Of a DNA stretch of 64,000 nt, positions 18,697 through 28,221 are shown piece after piece. This stretch comes from a virus. Taxonomy: Duplodnaviria; Heunggongvirae; Uroviricota; Caudoviricetes. The notes under the pieces were generated by a model. It made no database searches. It worked only from the letters and a program-made list of their open reading frames with translations, and was not told where the DNA came from. The DNA is taken from positions 34,516-98,515 of IMG/VR virus record IMGVR_UViG_3300028327_000833. One strand, 5' to 3'. Positions within the stretch are counted from its first letter, which is position 1. The number at the start of each line of letters is the position of its first letter. The position numbers were made by a program, and so were the translations under genes.

Positions 18697-19065
18697 ATGG
18701 AACAGCCGAAAAAATGTCAGTCGTATTATGTCATAGAACTCGAATTGACGCGCACGCACGTTCACAAGCTGAAATACCTTAAACGCGATTTGGACGTCGA
18801 CGTCAGACACCGCCTCGATCAGGCGTTGCGCGTCTGCGGATACAAAGATCCGCGTCCGGCCGCGGGCAAGAAGCCGGACGGCTTGAACGGAATCGGCGCG
18901 TCGTATCCGAAGAAACGCGTCGCGGAGCTGACCGTGCCGGTCGACGGCTTCGCCGACCCAGGATTCAGGCCGGGGGCGCTGCTTGACGCGTTAAGGACGG
19001 AATTCGGCGAGGTCGTCAAAGGCGACATCGCGTTCGTCCGTAAAACCGTGGAGGTCGAAGCATGA
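18697..19065 (+). CDS. hypothetical protein (122 aa)
   Basis: ORF. Confidence 0.4.
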   Translation: MEQPKKCQSYYVIELELTRTHVHKLKYLKRDLDVDVRHRLDQALRVCGYKDPRPAAGKKPDGLNGIGASYPKKRVAELTVPVDGFADPGFRPGALLDALRTEFGEVVKGDIAFVRKTVEVEA

Positions 19066-19442
19066 TATTCACATACTTAGCGATGCTTTTTTGCCATGTC
19101 GTCGACGATTTCTGTTTGCAGCAACCGTTTTTGGCGAAGGGCAAACAGCGGTCGTGGTGGGCCGAGAACACGCCCGACAGGAAGTACTGTTTCGACTGGT
19201 TTCCGTGTCTGCTCGCGCATTCGCTGTCGTGGGCGTTCGCCGTAATGCTGCCGATCGCATGGAAACTCGGTTTCGAAGTCGACGGGAAGTTCGTGCTCAT
19301 ATTTCTTCTGAACGCGGCCGTTCACGGCGTAATCGACCATTTAAAGGCCAATCTGCGGCTTATAACCCTTGTCACGGATCAGCTTCTGCACTACATGCAG
19401 ATTTCGATCACGTTCATGCTGCTGAAAGACGGCCTGGTGTGA
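19062..19442 (+). CDS. hypothetical membrane protein (126 aa)
   Basis: hydrophobic segments; ATGA overlap with upstream stop. Confidence 0.4.
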   Translation: MIFTYLAMLFCHVVDDFCLQQPFLAKGKQRSWWAENTPDRKYCFDWFPCLLAHSLSWAFAVMLPIAWKLGFEVDGKFVLIFLLNAAVHGVIDHLKANLRLITLVTDQLLHYMQISITFMLLKDGLV

Positions 19443-19515
19443 CGGTTCCGCATCCGGGGTGACTCCGTTATATTGTTTCCGTAAACGGAACGGTTGACTT
19501 TGACGGGGAGGTTTT

Positions 19516-19938
19516 ATGGTCGTAGATAAGATTAACAACGCGGTCGTCGCGAAGGAGCTTCTTCCCGCCGTATGGAAGACGAAGCCGGTCAGGGACAGGA
19601 TCGTCAAAATCGACATTATCGGCGATTTGACGCCGGATCGTCCGGTATACGTCATAAAGTCGTGGGGGTCGATAACGCCCGAGGAGTCGGCGTATTATTA
19701 CGCGGCGGCCGCCGACTGCGAGGACGAAGCCGTAAATAAGTTTATAAGGTATTGCAAAGCCGAGCATAAAACCTACGCTTTCGCGGACGAAACCCGCTAC
19801 CTGTCGCGATGCCGCGCCGTTCCGTCGGATGCGGACAGGTTCGCCAAGTACAGCGAAGGCTACATCGAAAAGGCTTTTTTCGACATTAGAAAGTTTGATT
19901 TAAAAGAGTTCGTCGTCAACTACATGAAAGTAATGTAA
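19516..19938 (+). CDS. hypothetical protein (140 aa)
   Basis: ORF. Confidence 0.4.
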   Translation: MVVDKINNAVVAKELLPAVWKTKPVRDRIVKIDIIGDLTPDRPVYVIKSWGSITPEESAYYYAAAADCEDEAVNKFIRYCKAEHKTYAFADETRYLSRCRAVPSDADRFAKYSEGYIEKAFFDIRKFDLKEFVVNYMKVM

Positions 19939-19962
19939 ACCCTTAAAAACAGGAGGCTGTAA

Positions 19963-20358
19963 ATGGCGAGAGGCAAGAATGCTGTAAACGAGGACGGCGC
20001 GCCGGTAAAAAGGAGGACGTATTCGCGCAAACCGAAGGCCGCCGGCGAAACCGCCGACGGAGACGTTCCGCCGAAGAAAACGAGACGGGCTAAAAAACCG
20101 TCCGCGGCAACCGCCGTCTTCGGGGCGCACGACGCCGTGTTCGAGCGGACGGTGTCGCAGTGGGAGCGGCAGGCCGACGTCGCGAAGATTATGCGCAAAC
20201 ATCTCGCCAACCTTATGGCCGAGATCGGCGGATCCGGCGGCGAGTTCGGCAAAGCCGTAATCGATAAGCTGACGCAGTGCGGAGCGGATCTGATTGCGGA
20301 AGCGGCTAAAAAACCTTATTCCGCGCCGAAGCTCGCGGATGACAAGAAGGACGCTTAA
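19963..20358 (+). CDS. hypothetical Lys/Arg-rich protein (131 aa)
   Basis: AGGAGG RBS; highly basic N-terminus. Confidence 0.4.
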   Translation: MARGKNAVNEDGAPVKRRTYSRKPKAAGETADGDVPPKKTRRAKKPSAATAVFGAHDAVFERTVSQWERQADVAKIMRKHLANLMAEIGGSGGEFGKAVIDKLTQCGADLIAEAAKKPYSAPKLADDKKDA

Positions 20359-20451
20359 CAGGCGTCTGCGTTATAGCGGTTTGCGGCGGGCCTTGAAACG
20401 GTCTGCCGCGCATAAACCGACGCCGTTTTAACCTTAACGCTGGAGAAAAAC

Positions 20452-21456
20452 ATGTCAACGCAAGCAAACGCCGCCGAAACGGCGGCAAAAAACTTTTACA
20501 CCGTCCGCCGCACTATCGACTTCACCGCGGACAGGATCGTGAGATACGACCCGTTGGCGGCCAACGACCGCAAATCCAAACTCGACTGGACTGCGGAAGC
20601 CTACTCGCCCGACTGCGGATGGTTCACGCTGAACCTGTTCGGATTCTCGAATCTGACGGGGGCTTTCGGGATCACCGGTACTCAGGCTATGAGAGCGACG
20701 CCCGCGCATCTGAACGACACGATCAAGAGCATCGCCATGAGGCGGGACGTCGTGACGGCTTTGGCGGTCGGCGAGTCGAACCACGTGTTCACCCGCGACG
20801 AAGCGGGCATCGTCACGGCGGCGAATCTTATGGATAAGTATGATTCGCGCAAATACTCGAATACGAAATCCGTGTCGCTGACGTTGAGCCGCGAACCGTT
20901 CGCGCCGACGGGATACGACGGCGACGATCATTACATCGACGGCATAGTGACGGCGAACGTCTCGTTCGGGGCGGTGAATTTTTCGACATACACGGAGATT
21001 CTGAGACAGATCTGCTCGAACGGCCTGACGCGGACGATTAGCAAGTCGTCCTGTAAAAACCGATATAGCGCGGATTGGATACCGCAAGCCGTGGAAATTA
21101 CAAAGCGGAACGCGGTTGAGATTAAAAATTCGGTAGACGCTTTGGCATCGTCGAAGGTTAAAGACGAAGAGAAGTTCGTGGAGTCTTTGCGCGTGAGCGG
21201 GCTTCCGGCATGGGTCGGCGACGACGCCGAAATTCTGCTGAAAACAGCCAAGTCGGGAGATATGGCGGAAAACGTGCGCGAGGAAGCGTGCCCTTACGGG
21301 ATCGCCACGCCGTGGGACTACGTCAACCTCTGGACTTACGCCATGCGCAGAATAAAAGATCTCGGGGCGAAGCAAAAGCTTCAGACCCGGCTTTTCAACT
21401 GCATTTTCAGGAGCCTGTACATTAACTCGCTGAAAGAAGCGGCAATCATCGCATAG
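20452..21456 (+). CDS. hypothetical protein (334 aa)
   Basis: ORF; followed by intrinsic terminator. Confidence 0.45.
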   Translation: MSTQANAAETAAKNFYTVRRTIDFTADRIVRYDPLAANDRKSKLDWTAEAYSPDCGWFTLNLFGFSNLTGAFGITGTQAMRATPAHLNDTIKSIAMRRDVVTALAVGESNHVFTRDEAGIVTAANLMDKYDSRKYSNTKSVSLTLSREPFAPTGYDGDDHYIDGIVTANVSFGAVNFSTYTEILRQICSNGLTRTISKSSCKNRYSADWIPQAVEITKRNAVEIKNSVDALASSKVKDEEKFVESLRVSGLPAWVGDDAEILLKTAKSGDMAENVREEACPYGIATPWDYVNLWTYAMRRIKDLGAKQKLQTRLFNCIFRSLYINSLKEAAIIA

Positions 21457-21463
21457 TTTTCGA

Positions 21464-21494
21464 CAGCCCCGCGTATAACGCGGGGCTGTTTTTC
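21464..21494 (+). terminator. rho-independent terminator
   Basis: CAGCCCCGCG-TATAA-CGCGGGGCTG followed by TTTTT. Confidence 0.6.
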
Positions 21495-21522
21495 GGACGC
21501 GGCTTAAGAAAGGAAAACAATT

Positions 21523-21792
21523 ATGCTCATCGAAAAACTAACGCCGGGCGCGGAGTACCGCCTGACGCTCTCGATCAAGCAACTGTCGGCGATCGAACGC
21601 GGGCTATATAAACTGACGAAGCACGCTAACGACCCTGACAGTTACAGTTTGCAGTTTGAGCTGAAAGACTTTCTCCGCAAAGAGCTTGCGGAACTTAAGC
21701 GGCGCGACGCCGCGCCTAAAGAGACGGAGTCGGCGGACAAACTTAACTTGTTGTACAAGGACGAAGACGGGCGGAAAATTAAAACCGTCTGA
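21523..21792 (+). CDS. hypothetical protein (89 aa)
   Basis: ORF. Confidence 0.4.
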   Translation: MLIEKLTPGAEYRLTLSIKQLSAIERGLYKLTKHANDPDSYSLQFELKDFLRKELAELKRRDAAPKETESADKLNLLYKDEDGRKIKTV

Positions 21793-21836
21793 CGGCGGCG
21801 CCGTCCTAATAATTAACCTCAGCAAGGAGACGGGCA

Positions 21837-22228
21837 TGACTGCGGAAGACGAGCTTTTCGTTAATGAGTTTATGGAAAAAGTCCGTGAGAAGTTCGAGAC
21901 GACCAAGCGATATATCGTCGAGTTCACCAAGCATTGCAGGGAAGAGGGGCCGCTGAGTTTGCGCGGGCTGGCGGACGCTCGATTTCCAGAAATCGAAAAG
22001 GACTGCAGGCTCCTATACGACGGTTTAGAGTTAGTCGTCGACGGTACGGACAACGAACTGATCGAAGGGTGGTTTGACGACGTGTCGCTTCTTACGGATA
22101 ATTGGGTGGAGGCGGCTTACGTCGGACTGGTTAAACGCGGAATCCTCTACATTAACGACGGACTCCGCCCTGAAACTGTAAAGAAATTGCTCGACAGCGG
22201 TTTCGACTTCAACCGAAAGATACTATAG
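21837..22228 (+). CDS. hypothetical protein (130 aa)
   Basis: RBS AAGGAGA before ATG 21837. Confidence 0.4.
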
Positions 22229-22321
22229 CCTTTCGCGCACACGGGGTTCGATTTAGTGTCTTAAACGCTATTCATACGTAATCAAATTTAATCTTTTTGA
22301 CATCGATAAGGAGGGCGGGAT

Positions 22322-22525
22322 ATGCGGATAACATCGCCGGCATGCCCGTGCGGAGGCGGATACGAGTGCAAAGACGGAAGCATAACTTGCAAAGTCTGCG
22401 GAAAACCCATACACTCGGAATTCGACGACAAAGAGGAGATTTCAGGTCTGGATCAAAACCGTCTCGATCACGGTCTTCTTCCGCAGGGTTCGATTCAGCG
22501 TCTTAAATCCTATTCGAACGTGTAG
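22322..22525 (+). CDS. small Zn-ribbon protein (67 aa)
   Basis: CPCGGGYECKDGSITCKVCG. Confidence 0.35.
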   Translation: MRITSPACPCGGGYECKDGSITCKVCGKPIHSEFDDKEEISGLDQNRLDHGLLPQGSIQRLKSYSNV

Positions 22526-22601
22526 AGGCCGTATAGTCGGAACGGAGACAAGAACTGTCTTTGCAACAAGAACGATTCATCTTAAACCTTGGGAGGCAAC
22601 T

Positions 22602-22955
22602 ATGCTAGCTGCACAAGACGCGAGAGATTTAGAGCAAGCGTCGTCAGTGTGCTTGAAGTGGGCGGCTTTTTGCGCGTCAATAAGAACCGAGTTCGACGAT
22701 GTGCTGGAGCGTCTTGTCAAGAGAGCCGCAGAACGCGGCAACCGTGAGATATGCTTGACAAAGCTCTGCACCGCGTTTATCAAACGTTTCGGAAAATACG
22801 CCGGAAAGGAAAGTTTAGCCCGGTATCGAGCGGCTTCGACTGAATTTCAAGTTCAATGCATAAAGCGGCTTATCGGATATGACGGACTCCTGGTGTTAGG
22901 ATATACCTTGCGTCAAGACAAAGACGGCATGTTTTTATCATGGAGAAGATACTGA
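22602..22955 (+). CDS. hypothetical protein (117 aa)
   Basis: ORF. Confidence 0.4.
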   Translation: MLAAQDARDLEQASSVCLKWAAFCASIRTEFDDVLERLVKRAAERGNREICLTKLCTAFIKRFGKYAGKESLARYRAASTEFQVQCIKRLIGYDGLLVLGYTLRQDKDGMFLSWRRY

Positions 22956-23015
22956 AGAGGGTGCGGAATACCTCGTCCGCGACGCGTCGTACTTCAAATA
23001 CAAGGAGACTGAAAC

Positions 23016-23549
23016 ATGCCGGCCAAGAACAAACGCGGCCGCCCTGAAAAAGGCGTTGTAATGCGCATAGGGTGCTATAAGCGGGAGAAAGAAGCGACAG
23101 TGACCCGTCCTGAGTCTAAGAATTACGAGAAAGACTCTTTCGTGATGGATCGCCGTCTTACGGGTTTGCTCGGACGTACGCATTGGCGGCCTATGTCCAA
23201 GCGGTGGGATTACATCGTGAACGGCAACAAGGTCAGGCTCGCCGACTTGATTATGGAAACGCCTAAAGGCAAGCGCGTGCATTATATCGACGGCAACCCT
23301 AAGAATCTGTGCAAACGGAACTTGGCGTTGGTCGACCACGGCGAGCTTATGCACTTATGGAAGCGGAAACCTAACGTTACCGGGTATCGCGGAGTTTATG
23401 AATCCGGTTGCAAGTTCAGAGCGGAGATAAAGTACAACCGCAAGAACGTTTATTTGGGGACTTTTCCGACCAAGATACTGGCCGCGCAGGCCTACAACCG
23501 GGCGGCTCGAAAGTATTACGGAAGGCTCGCGGTTTTGAACAAGTTTTAA
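23016..23549 (+). CDS. HNH endonuclease with C-terminal AP2 DNA-binding domain (homing-endonuclease-like)
   Basis: HNH: HYIDGNPKNLCKRNLALVDH; AP2: YRGVYESGCKFRAEIKYNRKNVYLGTFPTKILAAQAYNRAARKYYG. Confidence 0.7.
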   Translation: MPAKNKRGRPEKGVVMRIGCYKREKEATVTRPESKNYEKDSFVMDRRLTGLLGRTHWRPMSKRWDYIVNGNKVRLADLIMETPKGKRVHYIDGNPKNLCKRNLALVDHGELMHLWKRKPNVTGYRGVYESGCKFRAEIKYNRKNVYLGTFPTKILAAQAYNRAARKYYGRLAVLNKF

Positions 23550-23606
23550 TTTAATCCAGGTGCGGCGGTATGCCTGAGAGGGGCGGCGGCGTTGAAAAAA
23601 TCGAAT

Positions 23607-24491
23607 ATGTCCGTTAGCGAAGACAAGAGTCTGGCGCTCTATTTCAAGGAGATAGGGGGCATTCAGCCGCTCACCTCCGAGCGCGAGGCGGAACTGGCCG
23701 CCAAAATCAAGCGCGGCGACCGTAAAGCCGTGCACGCGCTTGTAAAGGCCAACTTGCGCTTCGCGGTCAGCGTGGCCCGCAACTATCAGAATCAGGGGCT
23801 TTCCCTTAGCGATCTGATAAACGAAGGGAATATAGGGCTCGTCAAGGCGGCCGAACGGTTCGACGGAACGAAGAACTTCCGCTTCATTTCCTACGCCGTA
23901 TGGTGGATCAGGCAGACCATTCTGCAGGCGCTGGCGGATCATTCGCGGGGTATGCGTCTGCCGCTTAACCGCGTCGGGGCGATACATAAGATAAATAAGG
24001 CGCAAATCGACCTTGAACAACGTCTCAACCGTATGCCCGACACCGCCGAACTCGCCCGCGAACTGTCGATGACGGAGACCGGCGTCGCGGACGCGTTGGC
24101 GATGGCGGACAGCTGCAGTTCGCTCGACGCGCCTATGGCCGACGGCGGCTCCCCGCATATAAGCGGACTGGCGGACATATCGGCCGTCAACGGGCCGGAC
24201 GAGATACAGGCGAAATCCACGCACGAAGAACTCGAACGGATACTTGAGTGCCTGTCCGACCGCGAGCGGGAAGTCGTCAAAATGTCGTACGGCGTAGACT
24301 GCGACGCGGGTTACACTTTGGAAGAGATAGGGCGTAAATTGAAACTTACGCGGGAGCGGGTGCGGCAGATAAAAGACAAGGCGATGCGTCAGTTAAGGAG
24401 CTCTCAGGGCGTGGATCAGCCGGTGCGCAAGCGGAGGCCTAAAGCGGGTTCGCGCGACAGATCGTGCAATGCGTCGAAAGGCAAGGTCTGA
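23607..24491 (+). CDS. RNA polymerase sigma factor, sigma-70 family
   Basis: region 2 FRFISYAVWWIRQTI; region 4.2 HTH TLEEIGRKLKLTRERVRQIKDKAMRQLR. Confidence 0.8.
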   Translation: MSVSEDKSLALYFKEIGGIQPLTSEREAELAAKIKRGDRKAVHALVKANLRFAVSVARNYQNQGLSLSDLINEGNIGLVKAAERFDGTKNFRFISYAVWWIRQTILQALADHSRGMRLPLNRVGAIHKINKAQIDLEQRLNRMPDTAELARELSMTETGVADALAMADSCSSLDAPMADGGSPHISGLADISAVNGPDEIQAKSTHEELERILECLSDREREVVKMSYGVDCDAGYTLEEIGRKLKLTRERVRQIKDKAMRQLRSSQGVDQPVRKRRPKAGSRDRSCNASKGKV

Positions 24492-24493
24492 CG

Positions 24494-26206
24494 ATGGCCG
24501 TCAAATACCCTATATCCCGAATCGAGACGGTTTTCCGCCGGCTTATGCGGCACGTCCGCGGTATGCGCGAAACGGGCGAACCCGTCTTATCGGTCGCCGA
24601 GGTTGACCGCCTCGTCGGCAAAATTCGTAAAATTTCGCCAGGGCACCCGTCGCTTGAAATCTGTCCGTGGGGTTGGCGCGTCGGCCCGACCTATGAACAC
24701 CCTGAATTATGCGGACAGGTCATTCCTCGCATTCCGGCGGTTTACCGCAGCGCTTCCGAACTTCCAAAACCCGTGGAAGGAGATTCGCTGATTATAACGC
24801 CGAAATTCGAGGGAGTCTCTGTCGTCTGCCACTACCGTAAAGGTATATTGTTGCAATGTTCCGCGCAAATGGACGGGCGGTGCGGGTGGGACGTCACGAA
24901 TAACGTGATTTCACGCATACCGCTTGTAATTCGCCCGTATTCGCAGCGCAGAGAGCGGTTTACTGGATATATTCAGTGCGTCGCCACCGTCAACGCGAAA
25001 GAGTTTTTCAGGAAATTTCCGAAAGTAACCGCTTATGTCACCGACAACCCGCTCAAAGAAACTATCAGCAACCTACTGTGGGCTAAAACGGATGTTCCGC
25101 GAAGCTCGTGCTATATAAAGATTATCCCTGTGAATATCTATCACAGCGGCGAGGGGCAATTCGTGCGCGTCGGAAGCATGGGATGGCGCGGCTATACGCA
25201 AGATTTTAAGGATCAGTTGCAATACCGAAAGGTTGAGTTCAGTTCCAGGTGCGACCTCGGGCTGACGGAACGCACTGCGTCGGAGCTGGCAGGGCCGCAC
25301 CCGCACAACGGGCTTGTGGCGCGGATGTATAATGAAGACCTTGTGTTTAAAAAGATATTTGTATATAAACTGAAAGGGGATGTTATGTCTCATCAGACTA
25401 CGGTCGTAGAAACTAAATGGTTTACCTCCGACAGCGGCAGACTGGATCCTATGATCTTCTGTACGCCTGTTGACGTTGACGGTCGGTTTGTAGAATCAGT
25501 CTGGGGGCAGTCGCATCAATTCATTGCCGCAAACAAAATAAGCGCTGGAGCGAAACTAGAAATAGTTCGAAAACCGGGAGGACAGGTGGTTGTTCAAAAC
25601 GTCGCGCGCGGCGCGAACCCGTTCAATCCTAACGTGCGTTGCCAGTTCGGGTGCGACCCTGAATTTATCGAGATTGATACGGTTCACGCATACTGCCGCA
25701 ATCCGAGATGTCCGGGTACAACGTTAAACATGCTCGACAAACTGTGCTACATCTTCGCGCCGCAATTTTTCAATAAAGAAACGCGGCGGAAGATATTGGA
25801 TTATTTTCATAACAACATTTTCGAGTTTATTGACTTTTACAAAAACATGGAAGATTTAAGCGGTTTCTCAGCCAAAATCGACGGCGTGAAAGGGTTAGAC
25901 CACTACAGTTGGATAAAGTACGGACGCATGCTGGAGCGGGTATTGAAGTGGGAACTGACGCTCCCGCAGCTTTGCTACCTTGCCGGCATTGAATCTATGG
26001 GCGGGACTCAGGCGGATTTGATAAGCCGCAGGGCGTCATCCGACAAAGAGCTTACCGAGTGGGCTAAGGAAACTTCCGCGCTTCCGAGAGACTGGGGGAT
26101 CAAGCCGAGGGCGTCGGAGAATTGGGCCCGGCGGCATTACATGGTTAAAGAAATACTGAAATCTTTCAAACTGAGAAAGGACGGAAAAAGTGGTAAAGTT
26201 GCTTGA
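24494..26206 (+). CDS. divergent NAD-dependent DNA ligase (LigA)-like protein, no BRCT
   Basis: adenylation motif ITPKFEGVSVVCHYRKG (KxDG-like); LigA-type Zn finger CQFGCDPEFIEIDTVHAYCRNPRCPG. Confidence 0.55.
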   Translation: MAVKYPISRIETVFRRLMRHVRGMRETGEPVLSVAEVDRLVGKIRKISPGHPSLEICPWGWRVGPTYEHPELCGQVIPRIPAVYRSASELPKPVEGDSLIITPKFEGVSVVCHYRKGILLQCSAQMDGRCGWDVTNNVISRIPLVIRPYSQRRERFTGYIQCVATVNAKEFFRKFPKVTAYVTDNPLKETISNLLWAKTDVPRSSCYIKIIPVNIYHSGEGQFVRVGSMGWRGYTQDFKDQLQYRKVEFSSRCDLGLTERTASELAGPHPHNGLVARMYNEDLVFKKIFVYKLKGDVMSHQTTVVETKWFTSDSGRLDPMIFCTPVDVDGRFVESVWGQSHQFIAANKISAGAKLEIVRKPGGQVVVQNVARGANPFNPNVRCQFGCDPEFIEIDTVHAYCRNPRCPGTTLNMLDKLCYIFAPQFFNKETRRKILDYFHNNIFEFIDFYKNMEDLSGFSAKIDGVKGLDHYSWIKYGRMLERVLKWELTLPQLCYLAGIESMGGTQADLISRRASSDKELTEWAKETSALPRDWGIKPRASENWARRHYMVKEILKSFKLRKDGKSGKVA

Positions 26207-26396
26207 AGTTGAAAAGCATTATATCTTGGCTAAGATTCCCGACAATGAATTGGAGCTTGTGACATTTAAAAACGGTAAGACAGGATACGTCCGCTATACT
26301 TTTGTCAAGACGACTCCTGCAATTCTAAAGGAGATCGAAAACGGTTCGGATAAATATAGAACTCACCACAGGTCTACGGAAAGGAGCAAAAACTAA

Positions 26397-27239
26397 ATGG
26401 CTTTCAACGAGATGAGCACTCTGGAAAATTTATACGACCCGCGAAAAGAAAAGCGGCGGTTAAGGATAAGTCCGTCCGTAATTTGCAATTTGAAGTGCCC
26501 GTATTGCAACACCGCGCCGTGGATCAATAAGGGATGCAACGTCCCGATTTGGCCAGTAAATATTATTGAATTTTGCAAAATATACCGCCCGACTGAGATA
26601 ATCCTGTGCGGAACTGGTGAGACTGTCTTATGTCCTAATTTTTTAGACCTCTGGAAAGCGGTAAATAGCGTCGAATCGGTCACAAACATACGGCTGATCA
26701 GCAATATTATAGCCCGTCCAAAGCAGTGGTGGGATGCGTGTATTTTATCACGCAATCCTGCAATAGATGTCGGAATAATAGGGTCGGTGCATTTAGACCA
26801 GGGCAACATAGGCGCCGTCAAAGCGTTAATGCACGATTATGCGACCATCCGTAAAAAGACGGTCAACTCGGAGAATTTTTTGCATCTCGATAAAAAATTA
26901 CAAATATCAGCAAATATTTTAATCAGCTGCGGCTCCTCGGTTATTCTGAAAACCGAATATCAAAAAGACCCGGTTTGGTTTACCGAGCCGAATGTGTCGT
27001 TTTTTTGGGACTGTTTTATCGCCGAAACAGAAAAGAGTGAAATTATGCGGGAATTAGGCGTTTTATCCAGTATCCTGAATATTAGCCAACTACGCAGAGC
27101 TGACGATGCTAGTCTTAACTGCGAGTTTGATGCCGACTCTGTGGCGATAGCCTTAACCGACAAAAAAAATCTCTTAGTCATTAAAATCGATGCAGACTTA
27201 AAACAGTATTTGCTGTGTGACATAGTAAACAGGCCGTAA
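26397..27239 (+). CDS. radical SAM protein (small, single-cluster type)
   Basis: CNLKCPYC (Cx3Cx2C), CGTGETVL. Confidence 0.65.
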   Translation: MAFNEMSTLENLYDPRKEKRRLRISPSVICNLKCPYCNTAPWINKGCNVPIWPVNIIEFCKIYRPTEIILCGTGETVLCPNFLDLWKAVNSVESVTNIRLISNIIARPKQWWDACILSRNPAIDVGIIGSVHLDQGNIGAVKALMHDYATIRKKTVNSENFLHLDKKLQISANILISCGSSVILKTEYQKDPVWFTEPNVSFFWDCFIAETEKSEIMRELGVLSSILNISQLRRADDASLNCEFDADSVAIALTDKKNLLVIKIDADLKQYLLCDIVNRP

Positions 27240-27277
27240 ACTAAATCTGAATATTACTTGAAAAAGGAAATGCAGAT

Positions 27278-28093
27278 ATGCCGAATGAACAACCTATATG
27301 GGAAGCTGACAAAGTCGCGGTCTTCTCGCCGCATCACACTTGCAATTTCAAGTGCCCATACTGTATATCCGCGACGCAGACCGAGGCGAAGCCCGACTCG
27401 CGGGTATACGATAGCTCTATATGGATCGATTTAGTCCAAAATAACTGGATGATCGAAATTTCAGGCGGCGAGCCTCTATTATCGCCGCAAACTATCATGT
27501 TCGCCAACAAATTGGTCGCAATGGGCGGCAGAGTCCTGATTCTGACGAATGGCACGAATTTGCAGGAGTACGAGCGTCTGCTGTCGGACGGCGTCGGAGT
27601 CCTTGCCTGTTGGCACCCGTCACAAATACCGCTGAGGGAGTTTTATTGCGTGAGCGAGCGTAAGAACACGAAATACAAGTACATGCTGCATCCACAGTAC
27701 TTGGAGCAATGCGGGCGGTTTTGGCGGGATATGGAGCAATGGAAGTCCGCCGCAAAAAAAAACGTGCTTAACATCGGAGTGTTTGAAGGGGAAATTCAGG
27801 GAGAGTTCCTTTGCGCTGACCATCCGCGATACAGATTTTTGACAGAAGACGGACGGGACAGCTACATACGGCACCTGTTCATGCCAAGAAAGAACCTGAT
27901 AATCGAAAGTAATGGAAGCGTATACGGGAACTACTATATGGATCAGCCTATGGGCAGTGTGTTCGACTATGACATGAGGAATCTTGAAACGCTGCCGCCG
28001 AAACCATACATAGCGATCCGCAAGGATCTGAGGGATTTGGAAAAAGCGCAGATTGCGTATGCGAAGGCGATAGACAAAGTGTTTCAACCGTAA
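27278..28093 (+). CDS. radical SAM protein, paralogue of 26397-27239
   Basis: CNFKCPYC, ISGGEPLL. Confidence 0.65.
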   Translation: MPNEQPIWEADKVAVFSPHHTCNFKCPYCISATQTEAKPDSRVYDSSIWIDLVQNNWMIEISGGEPLLSPQTIMFANKLVAMGGRVLILTNGTNLQEYERLLSDGVGVLACWHPSQIPLREFYCVSERKNTKYKYMLHPQYLEQCGRFWRDMEQWKSAAKKNVLNIGVFEGEIQGEFLCADHPRYRFLTEDGRDSYIRHLFMPRKNLIIESNGSVYGNYYMDQPMGSVFDYDMRNLETLPPKPYIAIRKDLRDLEKAQIAYAKAIDKVFQP

Positions 28094-28102
28094 CCGAAAG
28101 AA

Positions 28103-28135
28103 AAATTTCGGCACCGAATAGCGTACTGTAGTAGA
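28103..28135 (+). promoter_or_regulatory. conserved intergenic motif copy 5, followed by perfect 10-bp hairpin GAGACTCCGT-GCAGAT-ACGGAGTCTC (28146-28171)
   Basis: core at 28121-28134. Confidence 0.55.
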
Positions 28136-28221
28136 AGCGTTTCGCGAGACTCCGTGCAGATACGGAGTCTCCTGATCTAACGCAATAACGAACCACAATC
28201 TATCCCTATGAGGCAACCGTT

